This document shows positions 1 through 12,686 of a stretch of DNA of 64,000 nucleotides, piece by piece. Each line of letters opens with the position of its first letter. Position 1 is the first letter of the stretch. The notes under the pieces are model-generated. The model saw only the letters and a program-made list of their open reading frames with translations, made no database searches and was not told where the DNA came from. The stretch is taken from assembly GCA_010015585.1 (NCBI GenBank), contig ML975164.1. One strand, written 5' to 3'. The translations under genes and the position numbers were made by a program. This DNA comes from Eremomyces bilateralis CBS 781.70 (Eukaryota).

Positions 1-533
1 CGTTCAACTCGCAGGAAGGCTTGTTGTTCACTCCCTCGTACGTCACGAATGAGGAGGCTTTCCGCAACTACACTGCCATCTCCCTACCCACGATCGAACC
101 AGAAACCCTGGATTATCTTTTCACCGAGTTATATCCACCGGTATTCGATGGAAGCACCCCATACAAAGACCACATCGGCCGTGCCGCCTTCTCCACATCC
201 GAGTCGATCTTCATATGCAACACCCGCTACCTCGCAACGGCATATGGCGGGAAGACCTTTGGCTACGAATTTACCATCTTTCCCGGCCTGCATGGACTCG
301 ATCTTCCCTACACGTTCTACGATGGCGAGCCGGCGAAGGTAACCGGCAACGTCAACATTGCGTTGGAGCACCAGCGTGCCATCGTGTCCTTTGCGAAGAG
401 TGGCGATCCGGGATTCCCGGTGTACGGGGCGAATTCAACCATCCGGATTTACGGTTCGGCCGGCGTAAGTACAGCGAGAGATCCGAATGCTAATAAGAGA
501 TGCGACTGGTGGCAAAAGGCTCTGTACGCTTGA
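1..533 (+). CDS. Type-B carboxylesterase/lipase, C-terminal part (5' end outside window)
   Basis: ORF with ESIFICNTRYLA, GLHGLDLPYTF (catalytic His region), FAKSGDP and terminal NKRCDWWQ, typical of fungal COesterase C-termini. Confidence 0.8.
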   Translation, partial: FNSQEGLLFTPSYVTNEEAFRNYTAISLPTIEPETLDYLFTELYPPVFDGSTPYKDHIGRAAFSTSESIFICNTRYLATAYGGKTFGYEFTIFPGLHGLDLPYTFYDGEPAKVTGNVNIALEHQRAIVSFAKSGDPGFPVYGANSTIRIYGSAGVSTARDPNANKRCDWWQKALYA

Positions 534-2682
534 TTTGATCTTTCTGTGCCAGGGAAGTATGGTGATCCCGCATCATATGGCAATTTAAAGTCGAAGGTGC
601 TGTTAATACGCATTCGTCAGGTTCATACCTGATGGGCCGAAGAATAATGAAGTACTGGAGAATATGTAATGTAACTCTGACGGACTTCTAAAACTCTTAG
701 TTAACTTTAATTATTATATCATATCAATAGTCTGGTGAATTAGGGCATTCAGCTACTGCTATTGCCCGAACAAAGACACTCTCCGGCTCTCAGACAGGAG
801 ACTCAGATGCGTCGTAAGCTTAACTCGTCCCAATTCAGATCGTTGAATCGGGATGATTTCCGAAATTCTCCGATCTTAGGTTGTTGAATACCCGTTTTAT
901 GCGATTTGGACCCTTACCTACCTAAGTAAGATGGCTTCTCGGCGTGGATTCATTTAGAGGTTGGCAGTCATTCCCGTCAAATAGGACGGAATGAAGACGC
1001 TCTAGTGTGGCGTCGCCTCCTACGTCATCTGAATTATGATCGACGATGCATGTTCTCTATTTCGATTCTCAGGAAGCGCTTACACTAAGCTGAGAATGAA
1101 GTCTATAAGTTTCACGACTATGATCTAGATCTTCTATTATGTCTAGGAACCCCATGTGAAGTCTCAAAATCCTATCATGATATCCAACTTTGCGCATGTC
1201 TCCGCCACTGTCTGCCACACCTTAACCTTGTGTTGAGACCATACAAAACTGACAGAAGCACAACCAGTTCTCTAAGCAGCAGTGATAGGCAGGCACTGAC
1301 GAAGGCGAGTTAGTCGGGCGTACATAATGGAAAACGTGGGCGTCTGACGGGCTCGTTCGGACGCAAGGAGCGGCTGAGCGAATTCGGTAGTTGATCAGTC
1401 ATGGCTCGCCATCCTATTTCGGAAAATACGAAGCTTGTTTTGATGTGTTTGAATCAAGGAAGCAGTCGAAATACCGCAGGCTGTTGATTGGGAGTGGGGC
1501 GGGGCGACCGATGACGTCCTTTTCGAGCACAATGTGAATCTAGGCCTTTCCGGATGTGACGAGAACATAGGCTGAGGAACGAGTGAGACTAGATAACTAG
1601 CGCAGTGTTTGCGATAAAGTTGAAGCTTATCTTGCTCATACGGTTATCAAATCGACGCCGAAGTAAATAGACATATCAGAACAGGAATCCGAAGGGGAAA
1701 CAGGATCACCCTTATCACGTACTAACCTTATCGGACTACCCACCCGTTCGGCGGAAATATGTCCGAAAGACCAATCAGGATCCCCGAATGATTCAACCTA
1801 AAATCCCGCCACCATAGTACGGGTACCCATCACCCAACTTGGTTCGGCAGACCGGTCCGGATGCATGGACAGCGGATCGCAAGTTCGCTGCTCGAAAGTC
1901 GAACCCTCACGTCTCTCAAACGAGTGGTGAGAGTGTGAGAATGTGAGACACGAAGCGATAATGCTCACTGGTGTATTCGACCAGATCAGAGGGGGAATGG
2001 AGACGAACCAAGGAATGTTGAAGTACAGGACCTGTCCACCAGCATGTAGGAAGCCAGAGGGAGGAGTTCCTTAAGAATCGCGTCCAAGGCGTGGTATCTC
2101 GATCGTCGATTCAGAGCACGTCTTACTTAGGAGAGATGTTGTCGTCATATCGCGGACAAATAACTTTTATCACCATCGGCTCGATTATTTGATAAAGTTT
2201 AAATACCCAAATACACTTGTTGCGCTGCGCAACACCTCGAGCTCCTCAGTCAAGACTCGATTTTTGACGTACCGGTGACCGCATCATACCACCATCTCCA
2301 CCTCGATCGAAGTATTACGGAGCCCAGCATTAGCTGCACAGTGCGCACGCATCAGGCATGCTCACACCATATTTGTAACCTGAAGGCTGAAGTACACTGT
2401 ACACGAGCTGGACGAAGCAGGGTCTCTCGTACGTGGACCGGACGTCTTAACACGATCGAGTCCTGGAAAGCTGCTTCCGCCATCCCACCAACTTCATACC
2501 ATCCTTGCTTCACGACTCGTACTCTATTACACCAAGACTTTCTTGCCCCTACTTTTTTCCCTTCCACCTGGAACTCCTCCCCTCTCACCTAATTTCCCAT
2601 CTGCTCACAAACCTACCACCCACATCGAACCTTTCCCATCCTCAATTCCATGCAAAAGATGCGAATGCCATCCGACTAGGTC

Positions 2683-3289
2683 ATGTCACCATCACCGATT
2701 AGGAATCCCGACAGGGTGAGCTCCCCAGAAATCTTGCTGGAAACAAATTCCGTCCGCTAACCTCCGTACACAGGATATGGACTTCACGTTACACAAGTAC
2801 TATCTCCTCTCTAACGAGCACGATCTCCTCCGCCAACGCCTCTCCAACAACACCCCCCAAGTCTACCCAATGATCGTCCCCGAATCCTCCTCCAACTCCC
2901 CCCCGTCGACATCCAGCACCCGCCGCACCAGCACGAGCACCAGCACCGCCGCCTCCTCCCTCTACAACTACAACTACACCGCCCCTATCCCCGCCCTCCC
3001 CGGCCACTCCCACTCCTCCGACGAGAGCGCCCTCTACTCCGCGTCGTCCTCGCCGCCCAACTCCGCGCAGCTGCACGCGGACGAGGCCAAGCTCTTCGAC
3101 ATCAACCATCAGATCAAGGCGACGTTGACGGAGCTGCTCAATGCGCCGAGCGTGCGGCATGACGAGCGGATGCGGGCGTGGGTGCAGGAGCGGCTGATGG
3201 ACGCGGAACAGGAGTTGAAGCGGCAGAGGCGGCGGAGGAGTAGTATTGAGCGGGAGGGGTTGGAGCATGCGAGGGCAATGATGGCCTGA
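2683..3289 (+). CDS. Small fungal hypothetical protein (2 exons; intron 2716-2773)
   Basis: ATG 2683 (MSPSPIRNPDR), GTGAG donor 2716, GCTAAC branch, CAG acceptor 2771-2773, in frame with DMDFTLHKYYLL...KLFDINHQIKATLTELLN...WVQERLMDAE; gene-like codon bias. Confidence 0.75.
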
Positions 3290-5989
3290 GGCGATGGTGA
3301 TTGCTATGTGGAAAACGCGTGTTATGACTGGAGTTATCGAGGACTGTTATGAGCGACGGTGGTACCAACGGAGTACAAGCCACCCCTGTGCGACTGCTGT
3401 TGGAACAAAAGTGAAGGTGTTTGGATTTCTTGGGTGTTTGTTTAGGGTAACGAACTTGGTCCCATGCCACGGTATGACGATAAGGCGTTTCATCAGGAGC
3501 AGGGGGATCAGGATGTTCCGATTCAACGATTATGACGGTCAAAGGGAACGGACGGTTTCGTCCTAGGATGGAGGGGCTTGAGAGCCATGGTGGTTCACTG
3601 TCACGACTTATGCTGTCCATCGCATCCTTCCCGTGATCAAGTCATGGGGCACGAGGTGCTGCAGTGAGAGTTTGCTCGTATGAAGCAGATGTACTGTGTA
3701 AGGTACCTATCGTACGATATCAATAGCTATCATAAGCTCTCTATTTTAACCTAGAGGGTAATATTTCTGTTCCCATCACTCAGCTGCCAGCAGATTGTAC
3801 CCAATGCAGACTATATAGTGTCCCTGCTCTCTAATCACTGCGCGGAGTACGCCTTAACATGAACATCGCCCTATCAAATTCCGGCGGCAGAAACTCTGTA
3901 CGAAGCAGTTGAAACGGGGGATATGGAGTCAACGTGAGATCGATCGAACTGTCGTTGAGTGTTGCTCATTCAAGGGGAAGGGGTTGAACAGTAATTAGCT
4001 CGGACTAGGGTTGGGCATGGATTCAAGAAAGCGAAGAGCTTCGTTAGCATGCACCATTTAACATCCGCTTTTAAGCATCTTTTCATAATCAGTTCCATTT
4101 TCTCATCACTCAATTCAATAAATCACGACTACCTCGCCCGGACACGTAAGCTCAAAGGCATTACCAACACGCAGAACCATTAGCCGAGAACTGCAACCCG
4201 ACGCGAACCGCAAGCGTGAGCGGCCCTCCTCTGCAGCCTGTATGCAACGCCCGCATGCATCCCGCACTTAATCTGCACCTCCGCCTGATTCCGCGGACGT
4301 GACTTCGCTCGTGCGGGGAAACGTCGCGACCAGATAGGTCGAGATCAGAGCGGACTGCTGCCCAATGTGCTTTGTTGTCAATCCTTCATTGCGTAGGTTC
4401 CGACACGCGCTGGCGTTGCTGGGTTGATGTAGGTACGGACAACCGGTGTACGCCGCGGGCGTATGCACGTCGTGCAGAACGCTGTTGGGAGAGGGAGAGG
4501 GCAGGTGGAGTTGGGAGCATGACAAGCTGTCAACTGCTGCATATACTTCCGCAGCATCTAGGGTACTCGTCGCTTCGCTGCTGGCATGCGATCTCATATA
4601 GTCTTGGGGACCGGGACATCCAACTCTTCCACTTGGTCCGGAGTACCTCTACTTCCGGACTTTGCCATTGTTTGCTCATCCTGGCCAGTGGAATGGGGGG
4701 CACTATATCATGCAGAACCTTGGCTGGCTGACTTCCGATGCAGCAGCAGATCAGGTGCCCGCATGAATTGCAAAGAAAGGGTCGAACCTTAGCCAGGTTC
4801 TAGCGGCGACTTGCTTATTTTGCGACCGTCTCACCGAGACACTCTAGTCACGGTCAGAAGGTATGTCTCTCCGTTGGGTCAGTGAGGGAAATGGATCAAA
4901 CTTGATCTCGAGGATCACCAACCAGCGCCGTAGATTCACCATTGGGATACGCTGTTCGAGTACCGCTAAGAAGTCTAGTCTGCTAAGCTAGTTTTCTCGA
5001 CATCAACATCACCCTCATGTGACTGTATAGGTCAACTGACGGTAAAGCAGTCTCGAGAACAGTACCCTTCAGGACCTTCAGGGCTGGGCGGAAGGGTCAC
5101 AATCCCGTAAAAGAACGAAATGATGGCGATAGGTGCAATCTGCTTGGACCAACTCATGGTGGTTGTCATGAGCTCTCGTATCGCCTTTTTTGGGGAAGTA
5201 TGAGAGTAATGGAGATGGGTTATCTCACTGTCCTCACTAGACTTGAGTGCATCAAACTAGGGAGTTTGTAGGCTCCTTCTCTTTCAGTCGGACCAATGTT
5301 CCCCTTGATGTACGGTACCTGTAAGTCGCTTCCATTTTCCTAAACCGTTAATAGTTGGGTTGGGTATCAGTTGTTGTCTTGATTGACACAAGGCATCATG
5401 AAATGTGCGGATAGTTTGGGAGCAGCAATCAGCGCAAGGCTTCCGATAGATTAAAACTGCCAGATCTTGATAGTCTGGATTGTCTCACGAGTTGGCATCG
5501 GTCTCTTCTTCTATGTGGACTCTGTAGACGGCACGATCGATGCCGGTATGTTCATGCTGTTTTCACCTGGCTCGAGAAGTGCAAGTCTTGTCATGACAGC
5601 GGATGTTTTACCATGCACGTGTTATCCAACTGCAATCCACCCCTCAACTTGCTCAGGACCTTTTCTTTCGAAGTTGTTGGATGTGAATGAAGTCTTTGCT
5701 GTTGGTGGAGGATTCAACGGAAGGGGAGTCACATGCAGCGTGTGCTTAGCGCGTTTCCATCGAACGCGTGTTATTGGCCCCGACGCGTCAGAGTCGCCAA
5801 AGTCATTTCAATAATTACGAATTACCTCCTCCAGCGCCTCCTGGCTCCTATCCTGTATTTGCTCCCCTGCACACTTCCTGCGTCAAAGACGTATCCTAGA
5901 CTTCGCAATATTATTGCACTACCGACTGGCTGGGTTTACCATTTTAGGGTACTATTGGACTGCAGTGACGACACAGTTTGTGTGCAGCA

Positions 5990-7795
5990 ATGGGAATCCC
6001 AGGGTAAGTTGCCTCTAACCTTGGGGATATAGTTGTCTGGCTAACAGCTCTCACATCCAGGCTCTGGGACGTCCTAGGAGGCGGCCAGATTGTCTCTCTT
6101 GCAGAATACTCCGCGAATCACTTCCAAAAGACGGGGAAACCTCTCAGAATTGCTATTGACGAACCGACCTTTCGCTTTCGTAACCTTACTCCAGCACAAG
6201 TCAAGACGATAAAAGACAGTACGTCCCTGTTCATATTCTATCTTAACCCGGTTCCGGATCGATATCATCGCGGCAGTGTATTGTCTGGCTGACTTTATGG
6301 AATAGAAGTGCCTGCAGCGAACCCAATTGAGAAGGCTATCTTGGACATCGTGTTCCGGTTGCTCCGATGGAATATTGAATGTGTCTTCGTCTTTGACGGA
6401 CCGAGCCGGCCCTGGAAACGAGGCAGGCCGAGTGGCATGCCACACTATGAGGAACAGAGACTTTTAAAAGAGCTTTTGCGATATATGAGAGTGCCGATCT
6501 GTGAAGCCCCGGGAGAAGCAGAAGCGGAATGTGCGGCCCTTCAAAGCACTGGCATTGTAGACGCTGTTTGGACGGATGACGGCGATGCGTTCATGTTCGG
6601 ATGTACAACGCTCATTCGCTTCTGCAAGGAGGTCGACGTGAAGACGGGGAAGGAAGTGAAACGAAGGAAGAACCAGGGACGAGACGAAGAACTGGACAAC
6701 GCAGAAGGAGCCGGTGCCCACAATGCGTCAAAAGGCAAAGCGTCCCAGGGGAAGAGCCGAACTCATGTCCGAATTTATACCCAGGAAGACCTTCAAAAGG
6801 GCGGACTTGATCGCGCCGGAGTTACGGCCTTCGCAGTCCTCAGTGGGGCTGATTACGACACCAAAGGGATAACAGATTGCGGCCCCAGAAAAGCCCTACA
6901 AGCAGCACGCGCTGGCTTAGGAGCCTCTCTCGTGCAGTGCCCATTAACGCAATTGCATATGTGGCGGAAAGAAGTCGTCGACTTCTTCCCTGGACTTAGA
7001 GTTGAGCTAGACTGGCCAAACTCACGACATGTCGGACACTACCGCAACCCGAAGGTGGGCTCAGCCGAGGATCACGCAAGGGTTGGCGCCTATCTGGATG
7101 GTATGCTGAAGAAAAGATTTGATCTCGAAGCACTCCGGAGGTTCCTCGCGGGCCGTTTTAATTTATGGACAAAGGGCTTCATGGAGAATATATGCCCGAT
7201 TATCCTGACACGATCGCTGGTGCAAACGGAGCCTGATCAACGGGCTGCTAACCGGGTGTTTAACATCACAATAAAACGTCGCCGAAAAGTCAACGGGGAA
7301 TATCCGCAGTCCGCCGAGATCAAGGTTACATACTCTCCTCTCTCGGTCATGCCATCGATCAATCTCAAGCAAAAATGGGAACGTGCGAGCGACTCAACGA
7401 TGGCACAGAAGAAGTTCGAGGAAGAAAATAATCGGGACCATACCCAGCCACTTGAGTGCGAGTTGCTTGATCGCGTGCTTCGACACGGGCTACCAGCAGA
7501 CATCTTTGAGCAACCAGAGAAGCCAAAGCAGTCACGGAAGAGGAAGAGCGTCGATGGCGAGGGAAGTGAGGAACCCGCAAACAAGCCAAAGCGCGGGAGA
7601 CCTCCGAAGAAATCACCTGCCCCGACCACCGACACTGTTCCAAGCGAACCAGCTTTGTTCAGTACCCCAAGGGGTGAGACCAGGGAGGAGACCGTTTCGA
7701 GAGGGCCGCCCTCAGCTTCGGCTGCCAGAGCACCTGCGAGACGGCCAGTATTCATTCCGCCTCCTATATTCCATGACCCATTCCCTCAAGGCTAA
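5990..7795 (+). CDS. XPG/Rad2 (FEN1-like PIN) structure-specific nuclease, Yen1/GEN1-like, with AT-hook; two 5' introns
   Basis: Spliced N-terminus MGIPGLWDVL...LRIAIDE; FVFDG; EAPGEAEAECA; VWTDDGDAFMFG; H3TH LSGADYDTKGITDCGP; PKRGRPPK near 7586-7609. Introns about 6004-6060 and 6219-6305. Confidence 0.85.
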
Positions 7796-8031
7796 CACCT
7801 GAAATGGCGGGGAGGTACAAGAGAACCCTAGAGGTCATCGATCTCACCTGAAGACTGGAGAACTTCTTTTGAATTGCCTCCACATTAAATGAGGGTTGAT
7901 GGCCTGGTATTCTTGTACCTTGGAAACGGCCACCACCAATAATATTCCCACGGTTTCACTTTCAAGAGCACTGCTGGGATCTCGGTTTCTTCCCATGGGA
8001 CATTAATAATCAATCGCTGGCTTACACGCCG

Positions 8032-9975
8032 TCATGATTCCTCCGCTATCGAGCGAATTGGATCCGACTGATTCCAACCATCAAGCAACACCAAGTCTGC
8101 CTTAGGGATCTTAACTTCGGCTCCCCCCGAGCCTGAAGGGTTGTTGACCTTCAGCGCAAGCACATATCTCTCGACACCTCTGCTAAGTCCCGGACCAAAC
8201 AACGATCTCGGCGCACGTCGAAATGACACCGAAACAATCCGTTGCCCTTTCTTCGTCGTTCGTGGCCACCTTGCGCGGTCAGATGAGCGATTGATGGAGA
8301 AGGGTAGACCTCGGACGGGAAGGGCCATGAATTTGTGGGGTTCCAGCCGCTCAATGTCGCACCATAAGGCGCCGTTTTGAAGTCCGAAGGAGACGATGAA
8401 GTCAATGGACGGCGAGTCGATATGGAACACCGCCAAGGCTGCTGAGACATCCTCTCTCATCTTGTTTCGACCTGGTACCGGGCAGATGGGGGATGGGGGT
8501 GGGCTCCGTCTCTCGGTATCCATTATGCACTGCAAGGATGCATCTTCGAGGTTTCGGTCACATAGGTCATGAAATTCTTGCGTTGTGTCAGATGGACCTC
8601 CAGGGGTGACGGGCAAGTGGAAGTTCTCCTCAACAAGTCTGCCGCGCTCTCTTATGATTAACAGATGTCTTGTTCTTGAGACCTGGAGTTGATGATCCGT
8701 TGTGACGTACACCTTCTTCATCGGTGAGATCATGTCATCGAGTAACTGCTTCCGGGTTCGGAGAGGCGTCTGCTCGGCATAGATGGAGTGGTATTTGAAA
8801 TGAATCTTTTGCTCCCTGCTATTATGGCAGAGGATCTCGTCACCTTTCTTACTGTTTGCAAATATCCCTCCAGTGGCTACGGCAAACCCGGCTAGGAGGT
8901 TCCGACGATACTGTCCGGTATCCTTACTGGTTGACTCAAGACAGATGCAGAGGCCGCCCTGCGGCAGCATTGCAACACATGCCCAAGTATAACCAGTCTG
9001 TGGGTCGTCGGCGAGAAGTAGACCAATGTGGAGACCTCTGCTAGTCATCGTAGGAGGCGGAAGCTCTATAATGTCGGACCTTGAGAGCCGCGCGATATAC
9101 GTGAAGAGACCCTCTGAAATGTTTTTGAGTTCCAAGTAATGATGGATGGACCGATCAAGCTTGACGAGTTGCAAATCGAGTTCGCCGAAATCCGAGGGAC
9201 TGTGAGCAAGCACACCAGAAAAGGTTTCGCCAGCCCATCTCGGAAGACCCCTCGACCATGCAAGGATGGTATAATCCTCCGTAGTTTTCATGATTTCTTC
9301 CTGCAAGCGGGCGAACGCCTTGTGGCCTTCTCCGTACAGCATCGGCAGATGTACGTTAAACAGACCCATGAGGGAATATGCCCGATCTTCAATCCGGGTT
9401 GTGGATCGTTTCGATGCCCATGACATGCGTTCGGCGACGGTGCACTCAGCAGGGTTGTCGCCCAGCAACACCTGCACCCCTATCCCGGTCAGGGAAGAAA
9501 TAGCTTCCTGGATGCTCGACTTGGAACCAAGCTCCTCCCAGTTCACGTCGTAGAACTCAACTACAGCCGGCGCAATGAGCTCTTGAAGAGTCCAGCCTCG
9601 TCTCCACCATCTACTCTTCCCGAAGTCGGCATCCTGAGTCCCCGTCCTCGAGATATCCGAGAGGTACGCATAGCATATTCTCGAGCCTTTATACCACGAA
9701 TACATGGAGTTGATCGCCTCTGATAGCTCCGCGCTGCTACTCTTATCGATACAACAGGTGTCGATCCAGCAATATTCGAAGCCATCTGATGCCGCCTTGC
9801 GGCATGTTCCTGCGATCTTCTGGAACCCTGGCTTGGCCGAAGCCTTGTCGACATCCTGAATATCTTGGAAGGTCACTTCGCCTTGTCCCCAGGTGTGCGA
9901 AAGGATCACATATTCGGGAATGCCATCGCCATGGAACTCATGGAGAGTGTATTTCAAAGTATGCAAAAGCCGCAT
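8032..9975 (-). CDS. HET-domain protein (HET-E N-terminal type) with divergent C-terminus
   Basis: MRLLH...YVILSHTWG..EVTFQD; CWIDTCCIDKSSSAELSEAINSMYSWY; WWRRGWTLQELIAP; ERMSWASKRSTTRIEDRAYSLMGLF; intronless 647 aa. Confidence 0.9.
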   Translation of the reverse strand: MRLLHTLKYTLHEFHGDGIPEYVILSHTWGQGEVTFQDIQDVDKASAKPGFQKIAGTCRKAASDGFEYCWIDTCCIDKSSSAELSEAINSMYSWYKGSRICYAYLSDISRTGTQDADFGKSRWWRRGWTLQELIAPAVVEFYDVNWEELGSKSSIQEAISSLTGIGVQVLLGDNPAECTVAERMSWASKRSTTRIEDRAYSLMGLFNVHLPMLYGEGHKAFARLQEEIMKTTEDYTILAWSRGLPRWAGETFSGVLAHSPSDFGELDLQLVKLDRSIHHYLELKNISEGLFTYIARLSRSDIIELPPPTMTSRGLHIGLLLADDPQTGYTWACVAMLPQGGLCICLESTSKDTGQYRRNLLAGFAVATGGIFANSKKGDEILCHNSREQKIHFKYHSIYAEQTPLRTRKQLLDDMISPMKKVYVTTDHQLQVSRTRHLLIIRERGRLVEENFHLPVTPGGPSDTTQEFHDLCDRNLEDASLQCIMDTERRSPPPSPICPVPGRNKMREDVSAALAVFHIDSPSIDFIVSFGLQNGALWCDIERLEPHKFMALPVRGLPFSINRSSDRARWPRTTKKGQRIVSVSFRRAPRSLFGPGLSRGVERYVLALKVNNPSGSGGAEVKIPKADLVLLDGWNQSDPIRSIAEES

Positions 9976-10154
9976 ATTGCTCGAATGAACTAAATCAGGC
10001 TTGCATTAGAGAAATATCGGCATTCCATCAGCGAAGCAGGAGAGCAAGCGAATTTTGACCGGAAGGGGAGTTCCGACGACTACAAAAGCAAGTCAAAGTC
10101 GCAGCGACATTATGCTTCCGAAGGGTTGGACCTGGATCACAGATTGCAACTTGA

Positions 10155-11311
10155 GAGAGAGAGAGAGATTTCATACGCCCGTCAGGCCTCTCGGCGAGGC
10201 CCATGTGGGGAACTACCTGGGCTGACTAATTACATACATTGGTGCCTTGTGGCCTTGTGCCCCCATTTTCTATCTCCGGTCTTCTAACTAGCTTCTATAT
10301 CTGCGGCTAACATAGGGAAATATTATAACTGTGTTAAGGGAATAAGATGGTCAGTTTGCTGAGTGCCTCTGTTCCTCTAGGTTCTGATCTAGAGTGACGC
10401 TGCTCTTACTCGGGCACAGCGTCGGGTCGGAGGGTTGAGACCATATAGTTAGTAGAAGGGAATGTATAACTAGGAGAGAAGGTGTGGGAGAGAAGGCGTA
10501 GAGGGATGTCATGTTCCTGGGTCTAGTGACTAGTCTTCCAGTGTCCTGGATAAACTGTATCGTTGCCGTAACTACTTCCATGTTCGGAGACCATCGTTTG
10601 ATCGGGCCGTCCTTTGGTTCTGATTCGTACGCTCCAAGGAGGAAAGGTAGGTCTCTTGCTCGGGCTCCCGCCACTGTCTTCAGTTGTTGTCTCTGTTCGT
10701 CCCATTCGTGCATTCTAGTATAAAGTGATGGACGCTCTCTGTTGCTCCGCATTCACAGTCGCTACTCTCGGCCTGCGCGATCTTGTAGAGGTAGCTGTTG
10801 AGGCGACAGTATCCTGATCTGGCTTGTACTAGTAGGGCTGCTTGGGCTCTTGATAGCTTGTCGTAGAGCTTTCTTGTGTGCCTGCTTGGTAATGCTTTGT
10901 CGAGGCCCTTCGCGAGACGTCCTATCTTTTTAGCGAGAAAGGCTTTTCTCTTTACCTCTGGCTGGCTCCTTCCTTGCGTGATCGCGTGTCTTAGTACTAT
11001 GGTATGCTCTTTTGGTCCGGATCCGGTGGTAGTAGCCGATTGGGCGAGGTCGTGAGCTCTCTCGTTACCTTGTATTCCCTTGTGCGCTGGCACCCAATGG
11101 AAGGTGAAGGTGAACCCTCTTTTCTTAGCCTCTGCTAGTTTTTGGAAGATCTCCTGGAGAGGTTTACTCTTTTTCCATTGCGGTCTTTTGATCGTGCCTA
11201 GGGCCTTCTGGCAGTCGGATAGGATATAACATTGGTCGAGATTCCAGCCTATTGCCGGGATCTTAGCGGTTGCTTCTGAGATGGCTTCCGAGATAGCTAT
11301 AAGCTCCGCTT
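10155..11311 (-). mobile_element. 5'-truncated non-LTR retrotransposon (Tad-like LINE): RNase H + C-terminal Cys/His knuckle + 3' UTR with (CT)n tail
   Basis: AELIAI, SDCQKAL, WVPAHKGIQGNERAHDLA (RNase H); CECGATESVHHFILEC; frameshift near 10705; (GA)n on + strand at the 3' end; direct repeat GATTGCAACTTGA at 10142-10154 and 11312-11324. Confidence 0.9.
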
Positions 11312-12686
11312 GATTGCAACTTGAAGCTTTGTGTCGGCGATAGGCATGTGGATTCGCAATACCCATCATCATGTGACTCAATTCTATTGTTCTGGCTAAC
11401 AACTGCCTCCCGCTGGTTCTTAGTTTGAACCACATCCTACCCTTCCACAGTCATCAATCATTGCTTAGCCTGCTCTGTGGGCACTTAGATACGCAGTTCC
11501 TGGATACGAGATACGGTTCGCAAAACACGATTGTGTTTGTGTCAAGGTTTTTATTAACAATCCACGCCATGAGATGAGACTCGCGGGCTCTGCCAAGGAC
11601 CCTCTTTCGGGCGGTGCCGAACTGCCGATGTGCAACCCCGAATGATCGGTGAACATCGACATGAAAATGGTATCTGGGGTTGTCTTGATGCCCATCGCGA
11701 ACCGGATTCACAATCCTCACTCTTGAATCGATGAGGACATGAGCATGCTCTGCTAGAGTACTGGTGCTCTTCTGTTCGATGACAATAGACGGATGTGGTT
11801 TCAAACAAGCCTTCTATGCCGCTTGGCAACTCGGGTCTTATTTCAAGTTCTTCAGACGTAAAAGTCTTTTGCCATAACTATCCATTTTCGACTTTATCGT
11901 CGATACTGCGACCTTTTTCTAACCCCTGTCAGGGCTGCTCTTCAGGGGGCTGTTAAATTGGCGATAGGTATTCAGTCTTGTTCAATGTAGTGATGCAAGC
12001 AGGCAATAGCTTATCAGCAATCCGGGGTGCAATTTGGTTCGTGTCTTTTCGGCTTTCCAGGCATGCCGCATCTCTTCCCTTATTCGAGCGCATTCCAAAC
12101 TCCAACATTCGATGAACCGACCAGCGTTTCCACAGGGTCGTTATCCCACCTTTCTCGTGTCTGGACCCTTGCGGTCCACGCTAGCAGACTAGCTTCGCCG
12201 TTGGGACGTGGGAATTGGATCTAGTAGCAAAAGTCGACATCTTGCTTCCCGAACCCAGATTTTTCTGGCTCAGTTTGACTGAGCGTTAACCTGATAGCCT
12301 AGACTTCTAGATAGACTCGATAATCGATGTAGTCTAAGAGGGGATACCCACGCGACATTTTTGATGGAGACTCGCATATCATGGAATCCGGCGACCTGGA
12401 ATGTGGGCGGCGTCTCCATGGAACCGGGCCATTCGGTCCCGAAGAGGAATAGACTTATCGTTGGATCTTGAATTTCTTGCCTGCTGGGTTACGATGGAGA
12501 CCCACCACACGTAGATTTTACGAATACTTATCATGTCCACCCCCGCCTATCTTTCCTGGTCAATGCATCGTTTCTTGCTTTCGATAACAAGATATTTGGG
12601 ATTAAACTCTTTCGCAGAGCCCAAATATCGTTTATACCTGGGGTCGAACACTACTGCAACGCCCCAAGACAATTGCAACTTTCAAC

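Noticed and set aside
4200..5900. Several short ORFs
   Set aside because: No consistent frame, splice pattern or homology cues.
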